A stretch of 64,000 nucleotides of DNA from Leptospiraceae bacterium (lineage in GTDB: Bacteria; Spirochaetota; Leptospiria; Leptospirales; Leptonemataceae). The position numbers and the translations under genes were made by a program. The DNA lies in the NCBI GenBank assembly GCA_040217195.1, contig JAVJNR010000004.1, positions 224,001 through 288,000 on the forward strand, read 5' to 3'. The notes beneath the pieces are model-generated. The model saw nothing but the letters and a program-made list of their open reading frames with translations, was not told where the DNA came from and did not search any database. Of the stretch, positions 39,481-49,359 are shown piece after piece (the first letter of the stretch is position 1; each line of letters opens with the position of its first letter).

Positions 39481-40161
39481 TCAAAGGCAAAGAAGATCTT
39501 CAAAATCATCAGAAATTCGATCCAGCCAGGATGGATCTCTGGTAATTAAAAATAGCTGGGTGTTTCCTTCATAGACCATCAATAGCTGTCTTGCCAGCTT
39601 CCGGGCTGACTTATCGGTACCGGTAGAATCCGCCCATCGACGAAAATAGTCTGCTAGAATCTCCATCCAATCATTGAGCAATTCATTTAGCAATGGCTGA
39701 AATCTGTTTCCATGACTGAGAGTCTGAGAAGAGAAATTTGCCAGCGGACATCCATAGAAGCTTTCTTTTCGGGCCTCTCTCTTTAGAATACCTACCCAGC
39801 TACGCACCATGGACACAGGATCCGGACGACCGGTCAGTGTTCTAAGCAATTGAGCCACCTGACGTCCGCGCTCCTCCACGTAAGCCCGTCCCAGGTCTTC
39901 TTTAGATTCAAAATGAGAATAAAGACTCTGCTTGTGAGCACCCGCCTCTTCTAGAACTCGATTAATTCCTGTGGCATCAAAGCCCTCGGAGTAAAACAGA
40001 CGATCCGCAGCCTGACGGATTCGAATCTCTGGCTTTTCCTTTCGTAGCTCTGGCTGACCTTGCTCCCGAGAGACAGTCCTGCCCGAAGGCTTCTTACCAG
40101 TTTCAGAAGCTCCGGTCTTCCTATTAACCTTTTTAGCCCTTTCGGATGGATCCTTCGCCAT
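39481..40161 (-). CDS. TetR-family regulator (NemR-like)
   Basis: AADRLFYSEGFDATGINRVLEEAGAHKQSLYSHFESKEDL; C-domain GCPLANF. Start taken at ATG 40161. Confidence 0.92.
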   Translation of the reverse strand: MAKDPSERAKKVNRKTGASETGKKPSGRTVSREQGQPELRKEKPEIRIRQAADRLFYSEGFDATGINRVLEEAGAHKQSLYSHFESKEDLGRAYVEERGRQVAQLLRTLTGRPDPVSMVRSWVGILKREARKESFYGCPLANFSSQTLSHGNRFQPLLNELLNDWMEILADYFRRWADSTGTDKSARKLARQLLMVYEGNTQLFLITRDPSWLDRISDDFEDLLCL

Positions 40162-40181
40162 ACATGCTATTTGTATTTTTT

Positions 40182-40255
40182 TAGACAAATCTGTCTATTT
40201 TTTTATGGACACCACTTTTCCATAATCCTGAATAGATTTTAGACCGATCTGTCTA
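40182..40255. promoter_or_regulatory. Two TetR operator palindromes: TAGACAAATCTGTCTA (40182-40197) and TAGACCGATCTGTCTA (40240-40255)
   Basis: Near-identical palindromes between the divergent TetR and ADH genes; resemble the NemR box TAGACC-N4-GGTCTA. Confidence 0.8.
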
Positions 40256-40278
40256 TTTATCTGGAGAGGAGAATCGTA

Positions 40279-41307
40279 ATGAAAAGACTGGAATTAGTGA
40301 AAAAAGGAACCCTGGAATGGAGAGAGTTTCCGGAACCCGAAATCCAGGACAGAAATCAACTAATCGTGGCACCAGTGGCGGTGGCTCGATGCGACCTGGA
40401 TTTGCCCATACTGCATGGAAAGACTCTGTTTCGGCCTCCATTTGCCATCGGTCATGAATTCGTTGGAAAGATACTGAAAACCAGCCCGGATCTAGTGGAT
40501 GATCCGGAGCTCAAAATCGGAACTCTTGTAGCGGTTTCTTTTCAGGTTGCCTGTGGTAGTTGTAGCCATTGTAGCGAAGGTTTGAGCAAAAGCTGCAGCA
40601 AAGTGGATGCACTTTCTGACTATGGAATGCCACCCGGAGCCAATCATTATGGTGGTGCACTCACCGAGCAGGTTCTAGTTCCATTCGCCAGACAGATGTG
40701 TCTTCCACTGCCTGCCAGCGTTGATCCTGTGAGCGTGGCCAGTTTGAGCGATAACATAGCAGAGGCAGATAAGCTGGTAGGCCGATTTCTTCCGCGACTG
40801 AAGGACAAAAGTATTCTGGTCCTTGGCGGAATGGCTCAGAGCATTGGGATCTATACCTGTCTGTATGCGAAGCAAATGGGTCAGACCCAGATTACATATA
40901 TGGATGATGACCCGGACCGTCTACAGCTCGCTTCCAATCTCGGAATTGAATGTCTGGAAGCCGGCGGTTTTAAAAAGTCTCCAGGTAGATATCATCTCGT
41001 GGCCGATGCAAGTGCCAATGAAAGCGCCTGGAACATTGGGCTTCGCTCTGTGCAACCCGGAGGAATCTACACTTCTGCATCAATCTTCTGGAGTAATAAA
41101 GTGCCCATCCCGTATTTAGAGATGTATAATCATGAAGTGGAGCTTCATATTGGCCGAGTCAATGCAGCAGAAAGTATGCGACGATTAATGCCTGCCATCG
41201 AATCAGGACAATTCACTCCGGAATCTGTGGTTACACATACTGCAAGTTTCGCCGATGCAAAGGAAGCCTGGAGCGAACCAGGAATCAAACTGGTAATAAA
41301 AACATAG
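40279..41307 (+). CDS. Zinc-binding (MDR) alcohol dehydrogenase family
   Basis: RCDLD, GHEFVG, structural Zn CGSCSHC...C. Confidence 0.92.
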   Translation: MKRLELVKKGTLEWREFPEPEIQDRNQLIVAPVAVARCDLDLPILHGKTLFRPPFAIGHEFVGKILKTSPDLVDDPELKIGTLVAVSFQVACGSCSHCSEGLSKSCSKVDALSDYGMPPGANHYGGALTEQVLVPFARQMCLPLPASVDPVSVASLSDNIAEADKLVGRFLPRLKDKSILVLGGMAQSIGIYTCLYAKQMGQTQITYMDDDPDRLQLASNLGIECLEAGGFKKSPGRYHLVADASANESAWNIGLRSVQPGGIYTSASIFWSNKVPIPYLEMYNHEVELHIGRVNAAESMRRLMPAIESGQFTPESVVTHTASFADAKEAWSEPGIKLVIKT

Positions 41308-41376
41308 AAAACTGGGCGGACTGAATCAAGAATGCAGGCCGGACAATTCTCGGCCAAACATTTGCGGACCGTGGCT

Positions 41377-41931
41377 TCAGGGAAAGATAAACTCTCCTTT
41401 TATAAGTTCGTAGCCATGCTGCAAATCTGGAGGAGCGTTTCCCACGGAACAATCAGATCCTCCTGCAGGATTCGTGGCCGCAGGCCACTCCAGCACAAGC
41501 TTGCTCATATATCCTTTAGTAATCCAGGAACAGGTACCTGTTTTACCGGAACTAATAAATGCACTACTGGTAGCAGATAGATTCTCTCGATATTCCTTTC
41601 TGTTTTCGTCGTATTTTTCGTATTGCCCGGTATTCTGATTGGTCGGATGCACAATAGAGAAGTAGAGTTTCCCGTTTCTCTTCATCTGGATTCTACATTT
41701 GACCATGTCCAGGTCAGGCAATATTTCATAGTCTATTCTTGCTTGGGGATAATTCTCCTTGAGCGCATTTTGCACATTGAAACAACTCTTTCCTGTATCG
41801 GATTGGGCCAATTCTTCCACAGACAACTGAGAATTCATTTCCTGGGACGTGCCGCTACTACATCCGAAAATAAATATGGAAATGCAAAAGACCAGAAATA
41901 AGGATCCAAAAAGCTTCATTAGCAACTCCAT
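41377..41931 (-). CDS. Hypothetical lipoprotein
   Basis: MKLFGSLFLVFCISIFIFGC lipobox; four Cys in the mature part; start 41931 or 41919. Confidence 0.75.
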   Translation of the reverse strand: MELLMKLFGSLFLVFCISIFIFGCSSGTSQEMNSQLSVEELAQSDTGKSCFNVQNALKENYPQARIDYEILPDLDMVKCRIQMKRNGKLYFSIVHPTNQNTGQYEKYDENRKEYRENLSATSSAFISSGKTGTCSWITKGYMSKLVLEWPAATNPAGGSDCSVGNAPPDLQHGYELIKGEFIFP

Positions 41932-41938
41932 CGCTCAC

Positions 41939-43045
41939 TCAGGATGGAGCGAGGAAGATAGCGAGGCATGCATCCTGTTTTGAATCAACCATTATTTTGG
42001 AGAATAGAATAGAGTAAGCTTTTCCAGCATCATCGTGAATTGGGATAGAGTTCTTCAAATCCTCATCAGTCAAAAGTCCTGTTTTCGGAAAATCCGAGAA
42101 ATGATCAAAAATCAATGATCCCAGTAATGTCTCTGAAGTGGTATCAAGAAGTTTATCGAATTCTTTGTTTTCTTTCAGTATTGTGCCTTTTTCGCACTCA
42201 ATTAAGGCCATTGGGATGGAATTTTCCATGAATAGATTACGATACAGGGCCCGGGATTCCCGTATTTCTTCCCTTACTCGATGATGCTCGGTCATATCGT
42301 GGCAGGTAAAAAGTAAGGATGCTTGATCAATGTTAACCGGCCGCACATCTATCGAGAAATGTTGCTTCCCCTTTCGCGGATTATCCACAGCCAGTTCTAT
42401 GTTCTCAACTTTGTGAAGTTCCAGCTTTTTCAGAGCCTCCCGTAGGCCCGTTCCCAAAAGAGCGTCCAGAGTGTGCATATCCTCTATCTCTCTTTGAGTA
42501 AATCCATGGATGCGCTCTGCATTCGGACAGACAAAAGTGAGGTTCAAATCAGAATCGGTAAGGAAAACTGCATCGCTTACGTTTTCTAGAGTGAGTCTGT
42601 AGAAAAGTTTCGATTTTTCCAAAAGCTCCGATTGATTCTTCTCCTCCTTGCGAGAGGCAAATAGCTTTAAAGCCATTTTGATGGATGCATCCAGTACAAT
42701 GAATCCTGAATCCTTCACAACATAACCATAGGAACTGATCTGCTCCGTTCGCTGCACTATTTCAGGCTCGGTATGCGATGACAGAAATAGTACCGGCACA
42801 TCATTGATTTCATTAATCTGACTGGCGGCCTCTGTACCATCCATGCCGGCACCAAGATCAATATCCATGATTATCAGATGCCCCTGAAAGCTACCGCTGC
42901 GAACTCTTTGGAGTGCTGCTTCTCCGCTGGATTCATGCTCCATGAGGTACCCAAGTTCTTCCAGTCTTCGTATGGTTGCCAGAGCCACTATGGGGTCATC
43001 TTCGACCAGTAGCAAATGGGGTTCTGACGGCATCGTGATTGTCAT
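41939..43045 (-). CDS. REC-PAS-PAS signalling protein with no obvious output domain
   Basis: LLVEDD, IIMDIDL, GYVVKD; PAS ENVSDAVF and ENSIPMAL. Confidence 0.88.
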   Translation of the reverse strand: MTITMPSEPHLLLVEDDPIVALATIRRLEELGYLMEHESSGEAALQRVRSGSFQGHLIIMDIDLGAGMDGTEAASQINEINDVPVLFLSSHTEPEIVQRTEQISSYGYVVKDSGFIVLDASIKMALKLFASRKEEKNQSELLEKSKLFYRLTLENVSDAVFLTDSDLNLTFVCPNAERIHGFTQREIEDMHTLDALLGTGLREALKKLELHKVENIELAVDNPRKGKQHFSIDVRPVNIDQASLLFTCHDMTEHHRVREEIRESRALYRNLFMENSIPMALIECEKGTILKENKEFDKLLDTTSETLLGSLIFDHFSDFPKTGLLTDEDLKNSIPIHDDAGKAYSILFSKIMVDSKQDACLAIFLAPS

Positions 43046-43250
43046 TGTATTGGAAGCGCCCCTGTCGCAAGAATTTGACTGCCCCTGGCCCGGCAGCAAA
43101 GTATTCCCCGGAGTTTATTACAGAATTAAGCCCACGAGCCGGAAGGAAGTCAAGGTACTTGAAAGATAAAAGAAAGTCCTGCAAGCGAGCAATTCTGCTT
43201 TTCTCTGGTTGGCTGGATGGCTATGCTCGAAGATGCACCTGGTAAGAGAA

Positions 43251-43910
43251 ATGGATTCTACAGATTCAGATAGCAAATACCATGGCAATGGTTCTCTGCG
43301 ATTGGCTCTGGCGGCCGTAATCGTAGAACTGGGGATTCATATTTTGCATTTTGGGGGCTGGCTACCGGCTTTTATGGTTGGAGTAATCCCGAGAACCATT
43401 CAAGGATTACCAGGAATCATTTTTGCTCCCTGGCTGCATGGAAGCTGGACTCATTTGTTCTCCAACTCCGCGCCACTCTTTCTGGCCGTGTGGGGCACCA
43501 GCTATCTGTACCACAGGATTCGATTCCCGGTACTCTTTCTTTCCATGATCGCACCGGGTATTGCTGTTTGGTTCTGGGATGATTCTGCCATGCACCTGGG
43601 GGCCAGCGGCTGGATTTATGCACTTCTTGCATTCATTTTCTGGTCCGGGCTTTTCCGACGACACCCACGTTCCATCGCACTTTCTCTAATCATTGTCTTT
43701 CTTTACGGTGGAATGGTATGGCAGGTATTACCTCTGGAAGAAGGTGTATCCTGGCAGTCCCATCTGACTGGAGCCATTGCCGGTTTCCTTCTTGCTGTCA
43801 TCTATCGAAAGACTCCCATTGATGACCCTGAAGAAATTGAAAAAGAAGCAGAAGAGTATGATGATGATTTTGGATACACTATGGAATCCGGTCCATTTCG
43901 CGACCTTTGA
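43251..43910 (+). CDS. Rhomboid intramembrane serine protease
   Basis: HGSWTHLFSN, GASG, SHLTGAIAG. Confidence 0.93.
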   Translation: MDSTDSDSKYHGNGSLRLALAAVIVELGIHILHFGGWLPAFMVGVIPRTIQGLPGIIFAPWLHGSWTHLFSNSAPLFLAVWGTSYLYHRIRFPVLFLSMIAPGIAVWFWDDSAMHLGASGWIYALLAFIFWSGLFRRHPRSIALSLIIVFLYGGMVWQVLPLEEGVSWQSHLTGAIAGFLLAVIYRKTPIDDPEEIEKEAEEYDDDFGYTMESGPFRDL

Positions 43911-43973
43911 TATTTGCTCTAACTCTCTGTCCAGGCCAGCGCATCTATACCGAAGTTTCATTTCGAATAACAG

Positions 43974-46900
43974 CTACTGGCTATTTCTCACCTCAACAAC
44001 CCAATTTCGAATCCTTTCCAGAAATGAATCCGTGGATTCTCCTTTTTGAATCATCGCATCCAGTTTCTGTAAATCTTCGCTGAATTCCTGCATCTGCAAT
44101 GAAAGTGCAGTGCCACGCATATGATGAATCAATTGATGGGCCGCCCGGGCTTCTGCCCGATCGATACAGTTCAGCAGCTTCTCTAGATCACCTTCCAGAC
44201 TGGGCACTGCGGCTGAAACGATTTCCTTGATGACTGAGGAGCTTAGACCAGTCTTCTCTGAAATACGAGCATGCAGGACACCTCTGCGATCGGATTCGAT
44301 CCACCTTTCAATTACTTCAAGAAAATCCTTTCGCATTAGCGGCTTTGCAAGAAAGTCATTCATTCCAGCCTGCATGCAACGTTCTCTTTCATTATCCAGG
44401 GTTGCAGCCGTTAGAGCAATGATCGGAATATCGACAAGATCCTTCCACCGGCGAATTTGACGAGCCGTCTCCAGTCCATCCATGCGGGGCATATGCAAAT
44501 CCAGAAAAATCAGATGGGGCTTTTTTTCCCTGGTCTTTCGCAGGGCTTCCTCCCCATCCCTTGCTTCAATAATTTCAGCTCCAGGGAGTAAGCTCTGAAG
44601 CATATGCCGTGTCAGATTCAGATTGACCAGGTTATCTTCGGCGATGAGCAGTCGGACCTGCTCCGGACTTTCCAGAGATAATTCTTGAGGCTGCAGGGAA
44701 TCGGTTTTCTGCTGGAAGAGCCTCTCCAGGCTTGCAACATCCAGAGGCCGGCTGATTTTTCTGGTATGGACTCCAGAAATGGATTCTGGAATCAAAGGCA
44801 TGTTATCGCTCAACCTGCAGGCAAAAATCACTGTGGCTTCGGAAGCATACGTAGTGAGAAATGAGATAAGACCAGCTCCATAGAATAGTTCATCGACCAG
44901 GATTAAATCGAAATTTGAAGCTTGAATTCTGGACTGCAAATCCTCCAGGTTTCGAACAGATACGGTTTCCAGTCCCTGAGCTTCCAAAATTCTGCGCACC
45001 GACTTTATCGCTGCCGGAGATGAGTCCGCAATCAGCGCTCGGTTGAATTCTCTTAGAGATCTGTATCGATTGGGAGTGGAATCCAGAACTTCTACGGGGA
45101 TTTCAAAAAGGAACGTAGTGCCCTGCATTCTCTGGTCCAGGATCTCAATTTCTCCGCCCATGAGCTCCACCAGCTGCGATGCAATAGTGAGCCCCAGACC
45201 GGTGCTATTCTCCGGGCTAATCTCGCTACTACGCGAAAAGGCTTTGAAAATATCATCTCTTAAAGCAGGATCAATCCCGGGACCCGTATCTCTCACGGCA
45301 AAACGAAGTTTGCTTGCTTCTTCTATATATTGTAGCTTTAGTTCTACTTCTCCGGCAGGACAAAACTTAACAGCATTGCCCAGGAGGTTCACAAGAACCT
45401 GACGCAAATGCACTATATCCATTTTCAGAAGCGAAGGAAGATTCGGATCTAGCTCTATCAAAAGCTCCAATCCCTTTTGATGGGCCTGAAATAGTACAGC
45501 TTCAATGGACTGTCGCGCCATGATTGCTGGATCAGCTTCTACATAGACCAGCTCCATACTGCCGGAATCCAGCCTCGAAAAATCCAGAACGTTGTTAACT
45601 ACGCTCAACAGAATTCCCGCAGATTGGTGAACCAGTTCTGCGTACTGGCGCGCCGGATTATTCAGCTGCAATCGAGATAGCAAGTCGGAATAACCTATGA
45701 CACCGTTCAGAGGAGTGCGAAGTTCATGGCTCATATATGCCAGGAATCGTCCTTTAGACTTTACTGCAATCTCTGCCTTCTCTCTGGCTTCCTCGAGCTC
45801 CCGTTCGGCCTTCTTGCGCGCAGTCACATCCCTCTGGACCCCAAAATGACCTACAATCCGACCCTGGCCGTCATACATGCAGATATAGTCGCCTTCCACA
45901 GAAAAAGAAGTACCGTCCATTCTTCGTTCATCGGTTTGCAGTAAGGCCCGGCCGCTATCAAAGAACTCCCGCCAGATCTGTCTTCCATGCAGAGGGTCAT
46001 GATTGAAGAAGTCTGCTGGAGTAAGGCCCAGAAAAGATTCCTCCGAGGCACCATACTGGTCCAGCATCGCCTGGTTAACCTTTGTGACTCTTTGATGTGC
46101 AAAAACGTAGTCCAGCACAGACTCTTTGTCTACGTCATCGTTCCAGACAACAGGCTCATCCAGCGTCATAAAGAAAAACCCGGCAAGAGAGTTCTTAAAG
46201 AAGAGCTCAAACTTCTCCGAGCTATCCTTTACCTGCATTTCTGCCTGAACTCTTTCCGTTACATTTCGCACGGTGCAGATGATGTGCTTCTGTTCATCCG
46301 GAGTTCGATGCAACGCGGCTACCATGTTGAACCACTGCCTTCCACCGGGCAAATCCAGGTAATACTCGGCAGAGGATCGAATGCCGGTCTTCACCACGGT
46401 ATTTAATGCATCTGTGATGGAGCCAAGCGCCGGTTCCTGAAAACCAATATCATGGATGGAGCGACCCATGAACAAATCGGGCGCAACGAGCAAATCGGAA
46501 TCGTCCGGAGAATGGTAATACTGAATAAAGCGATAATCCAGGTCCACAACGAATACAAGGTCCCCGGTACCGACCAGAAGCTGGCGTAAATGCTCTACCC
46601 GTTGCTCCAGCTTTTGAGCAGTGCCGGAGGTGGAAGTAATGTCAATGAATGCCAGCAGACCTAGCTCTCCCACCGTCCTCCTGCGAATAAGATAAGACCG
46701 TTCCTGTCCTTTTTGGATGATCCGGAGCTCGATGGTATCTTCCTTTGATTTGAAAAAATCCAGGGCCCGGGACAGGTCCTCGGGATGAATTATATCGGAC
46801 CAGCGGATATCCGGGGAAGCACTGGAGTACAGCTCCGATGGAAATAGCTTCTGGATTAGTTCGGGACTGAGGTAAAAATTATCCGGATCTACAAGATCTA

Positions 46901-47015
46901 CGATACCAGTTCCATCCAGTAATTCAGAAACAGAGCTGCCCCTGGTAAGGTCCAGCCAGCGATGATATAGTTCTTCGTTCACGATTCTTTGCTCTTTTAG
47001 GTCGCAACCTGCCAT
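43974..47015 (-). CDS. Hybrid histidine kinase (multi-PAS, HisKA, HATPase, 2xREC, Hpt)
   Basis: SHELRTPLNG, NLLGNAVKF, DTGPG, TGLGL, REC IFLDLHMP, Hpt HHMRGTA. Confidence 0.95.
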   Translation of the reverse strand: MAGCDLKEQRIVNEELYHRWLDLTRGSSVSELLDGTGIVDLVDPDNFYLSPELIQKLFPSELYSSASPDIRWSDIIHPEDLSRALDFFKSKEDTIELRIIQKGQERSYLIRRRTVGELGLLAFIDITSTSGTAQKLEQRVEHLRQLLVGTGDLVFVVDLDYRFIQYYHSPDDSDLLVAPDLFMGRSIHDIGFQEPALGSITDALNTVVKTGIRSSAEYYLDLPGGRQWFNMVAALHRTPDEQKHIICTVRNVTERVQAEMQVKDSSEKFELFFKNSLAGFFFMTLDEPVVWNDDVDKESVLDYVFAHQRVTKVNQAMLDQYGASEESFLGLTPADFFNHDPLHGRQIWREFFDSGRALLQTDERRMDGTSFSVEGDYICMYDGQGRIVGHFGVQRDVTARKKAERELEEAREKAEIAVKSKGRFLAYMSHELRTPLNGVIGYSDLLSRLQLNNPARQYAELVHQSAGILLSVVNNVLDFSRLDSGSMELVYVEADPAIMARQSIEAVLFQAHQKGLELLIELDPNLPSLLKMDIVHLRQVLVNLLGNAVKFCPAGEVELKLQYIEEASKLRFAVRDTGPGIDPALRDDIFKAFSRSSEISPENSTGLGLTIASQLVELMGGEIEILDQRMQGTTFLFEIPVEVLDSTPNRYRSLREFNRALIADSSPAAIKSVRRILEAQGLETVSVRNLEDLQSRIQASNFDLILVDELFYGAGLISFLTTYASEATVIFACRLSDNMPLIPESISGVHTRKISRPLDVASLERLFQQKTDSLQPQELSLESPEQVRLLIAEDNLVNLNLTRHMLQSLLPGAEIIEARDGEEALRKTREKKPHLIFLDLHMPRMDGLETARQIRRWKDLVDIPIIALTAATLDNERERCMQAGMNDFLAKPLMRKDFLEVIERWIESDRRGVLHARISEKTGLSSSVIKEIVSAAVPSLEGDLEKLLNCIDRAEARAAHQLIHHMRGTALSLQMQEFSEDLQKLDAMIQKGESTDSFLERIRNWVVEVRNSQ

Positions 47016-47205
47016 AGTATCTTAGTAGACGGAAAAAAGAAAGGGCCCCTCAACGTTGGTTCTTTTTTGCCCTCAGATCTGGCTGGTACTATTGACAGCG
47101 ATCTTTCGTAATCTTTATCACTATACTTTATATCTTTCTCGAGAGTTTCGTCGCCGCACAGGGGCTCAGAGACTACCCGGCAACGTTAGGGATCTATCCA
47201 GGAGT

Positions 47206-48069
47206 TCACGGTGGCTCCACAAGAAATTCGCCGACCAGAGGCCAATGGTCCGAGGCATCGCTATCGATTGTATAGGTTTCCTCCACTTTCAGATTCGAGT
47301 AGAAAATATAGTCCAGGGTAATAGAATCGGGAACTAAAAAAGATGGAATGGGAGCCAGGGCCTGCCTCGTGGATTCCGGCAAAGGGAATGTGTCGTGATT
47401 CGAAGGGAAGATACTACCATCACCATCGGCGTATCCAGCCTCCTCCAGCATTTCATATTCGCTCATCCAGAAGCCTGGTAGGCCACGAAGGAGATTGAAA
47501 TCTCCCAGTAAAACCCTGGGGCCACTCGCTGGCCCCAGCCATTCGAATAGATCCTGCAACTCCTTCTTTCGGTGCATGGATCTGCGCATTATGTTTTGTC
47601 TGTCGGACCCGACGCCTGCCAGGGGAGTTAAGTGCAGAGTCACAAACTCCACCGGTTGCCCCTGAATATCTACGACGATTCGTAAGGCTCGCCTGGAATG
47701 GCCCAGACGGATTTCATCGGATCGCAGAACAGGTAGTCTGGAAAGAAAGGCCAGGACCCAGTATGATTGGCCATGGCGGACATAGGGCTGGCTGATAACG
47801 TACCGATAATTCAGATTGCGGGCAATGGTGCCCACCGGGGAGCCTCTGGAAAATCCCACTTCCTGCAGGGCTACCACATCTGCATCCAGGTTCTTTAATG
47901 TAGATTGAATTCCAGACCAGCCACTATGAAAATAATGCACGTTGTACGTGGCTGCCTTAAAAACGATTCTGTTCGAATTACGAAAGGATAGTATCAGACA
48001 GGCGGCGCCCAGAAGTGACACCGCCAGAAGCAGAATAATAAAATGCCTTACTTGAATCCTATATCGCAT
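47206..48069 (-). CDS. Endonuclease/exonuclease/phosphatase family protein, exported
   Basis: ATYNVH, DVVALQE, LLGDFN, LDYIF, ASDHWP. Confidence 0.92.
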   Translation of the reverse strand: MRYRIQVRHFIILLLAVSLLGAACLILSFRNSNRIVFKAATYNVHYFHSGWSGIQSTLKNLDADVVALQEVGFSRGSPVGTIARNLNYRYVISQPYVRHGQSYWVLAFLSRLPVLRSDEIRLGHSRRALRIVVDIQGQPVEFVTLHLTPLAGVGSDRQNIMRRSMHRKKELQDLFEWLGPASGPRVLLGDFNLLRGLPGFWMSEYEMLEEAGYADGDGSIFPSNHDTFPLPESTRQALAPIPSFLVPDSITLDYIFYSNLKVEETYTIDSDASDHWPLVGEFLVEPP

Positions 48070-48413
48070 TCACATTGTTCGTATTCATTCTTAATGCTAC
48101 GACAGGCAACCACGACGGCTGTTTCCTTCTGTCCGCCCCTTCCGCTCATGGACATACCACTTACCTGGGCCAATCCCATGGCCGAGGATGTGCAGGAGGC
48201 CTCTTTTTTGGCGGGGCTGTTGGTTGCCACGGCACTTGACTGAGCTCTGGCTTTGAAATTCTCGATGCGATCCAACCCGTATTCTTTCATCGCCGCCTGC
48301 CGATCTGCGCGATCAAATTTGTAGTTACTTTCCGGTCTGGGAGATTCCACGCTGGCGCAGGCGGCTGTCATAAGAGCCAGAGCCAGCAATGTAAAAATGC
48401 AGGTGTATTTCAT
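48048..48413 (-). CDS. Small Cys-containing lipoprotein
   Basis: MKYTCIFTLLALALMTAAC lipobox; C-terminal C..C..CEC. Confidence 0.7.
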   Translation of the reverse strand: MKYTCIFTLLALALMTAACASVESPRPESNYKFDRADRQAAMKEYGLDRIENFKARAQSSAVATNSPAKKEASCTSSAMGLAQVSGMSMSGRGGQKETAVVVACRSIKNEYEQCECDIGFK

Positions 48414-48753
48414 CCCCGAATTGGAAGCCTTTCCTCAACTCTGTCCAGTCAAATCCTGGGACTATCTGATTTGCGGATTAAAAGAGTAAGGATTGGCAAA
48501 CCTGGTACCTCTGAAGGGTTCCGGACCATGGCGAAGGGTCTCAGGTTCTGCAAAAGGGAGCTCATTTGCAGGAAAGTAGATCTTTAATCGCATCGGCCAT
48601 TGCCCGGTGGCTCTAATTCGAATGAAAACGCAAACTAATTAAGTCAATCGGGACAAATGGCCCATTGCATTTGTCTGCTCTCCGGACTATGCTATCTCAA
48701 CAGCGCCTTTCCTGACCGGAAATACCCGAGCCAGGGAAGCGCGAGGAGGATTT

Positions 48754-49269
48754 ATGAATGAAGCTCATCTACACCTTCTGGTGAATCATTTTCCCGTTGT
48801 CGGAGCGATAGTCTCGCTGGTCGCACTGATCGTAGCTCTGGCATGGAATTCAAAAGATTTCAGGAAGTCTGCGTTGATAATAGCCTTGATTTTCGGACTG
48901 TCTGCTATACCTGCCTATTTTTCCGGGGAAGCGGCGGAGGAAATTGCGGAAGAAGCAAATGCAAGTCATGAACGAATCGAGAGTCATGAAGATGCGGCCA
49001 AATTGGCCACTATTGCCGCTATCGTTTCTGGACTGGTGGCAGGTGGAGCTCTCGCTCTAAGGAATGCCCGGCCGGTGGGCCTTTCAGCTGCCGCATTCCT
49101 GTTCTTGATTACTGCCATTCTGATGGCAAGGGCTGCGAACAGTGGAGGTCAAATCGCACATCCAGAGATTCGCGGAGATACTTCCATGGTTTCGCCTACA
49201 ACGAGGAACTATTCTCCCAGCGAAAGTGATGAAAAGCAGGGTTTGAACCGGGAGGAAGAAGATGACTGA
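48754..49269 (+). CDS. DUF2231-like 4-TM His-containing membrane protein
   Basis: HLHLLVNHFP, AYFSGEAAEE, IESHEDAA, GGQIAHPEIR; SD GAGGAGG. Confidence 0.8.
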   Translation: MNEAHLHLLVNHFPVVGAIVSLVALIVALAWNSKDFRKSALIIALIFGLSAIPAYFSGEAAEEIAEEANASHERIESHEDAAKLATIAAIVSGLVAGGALALRNARPVGLSAAAFLFLITAILMARAANSGGQIAHPEIRGDTSMVSPTTRNYSPSESDEKQGLNREEEDD

Positions 49270-49359
49270 GTGCAAATACTTCCTGTCCCGGGGATAGGAA
49301 ACGTACGCATAGCTTCATGATCGACATAAATTAAGCGGCCCTGGATCAATCCAGGCCGC

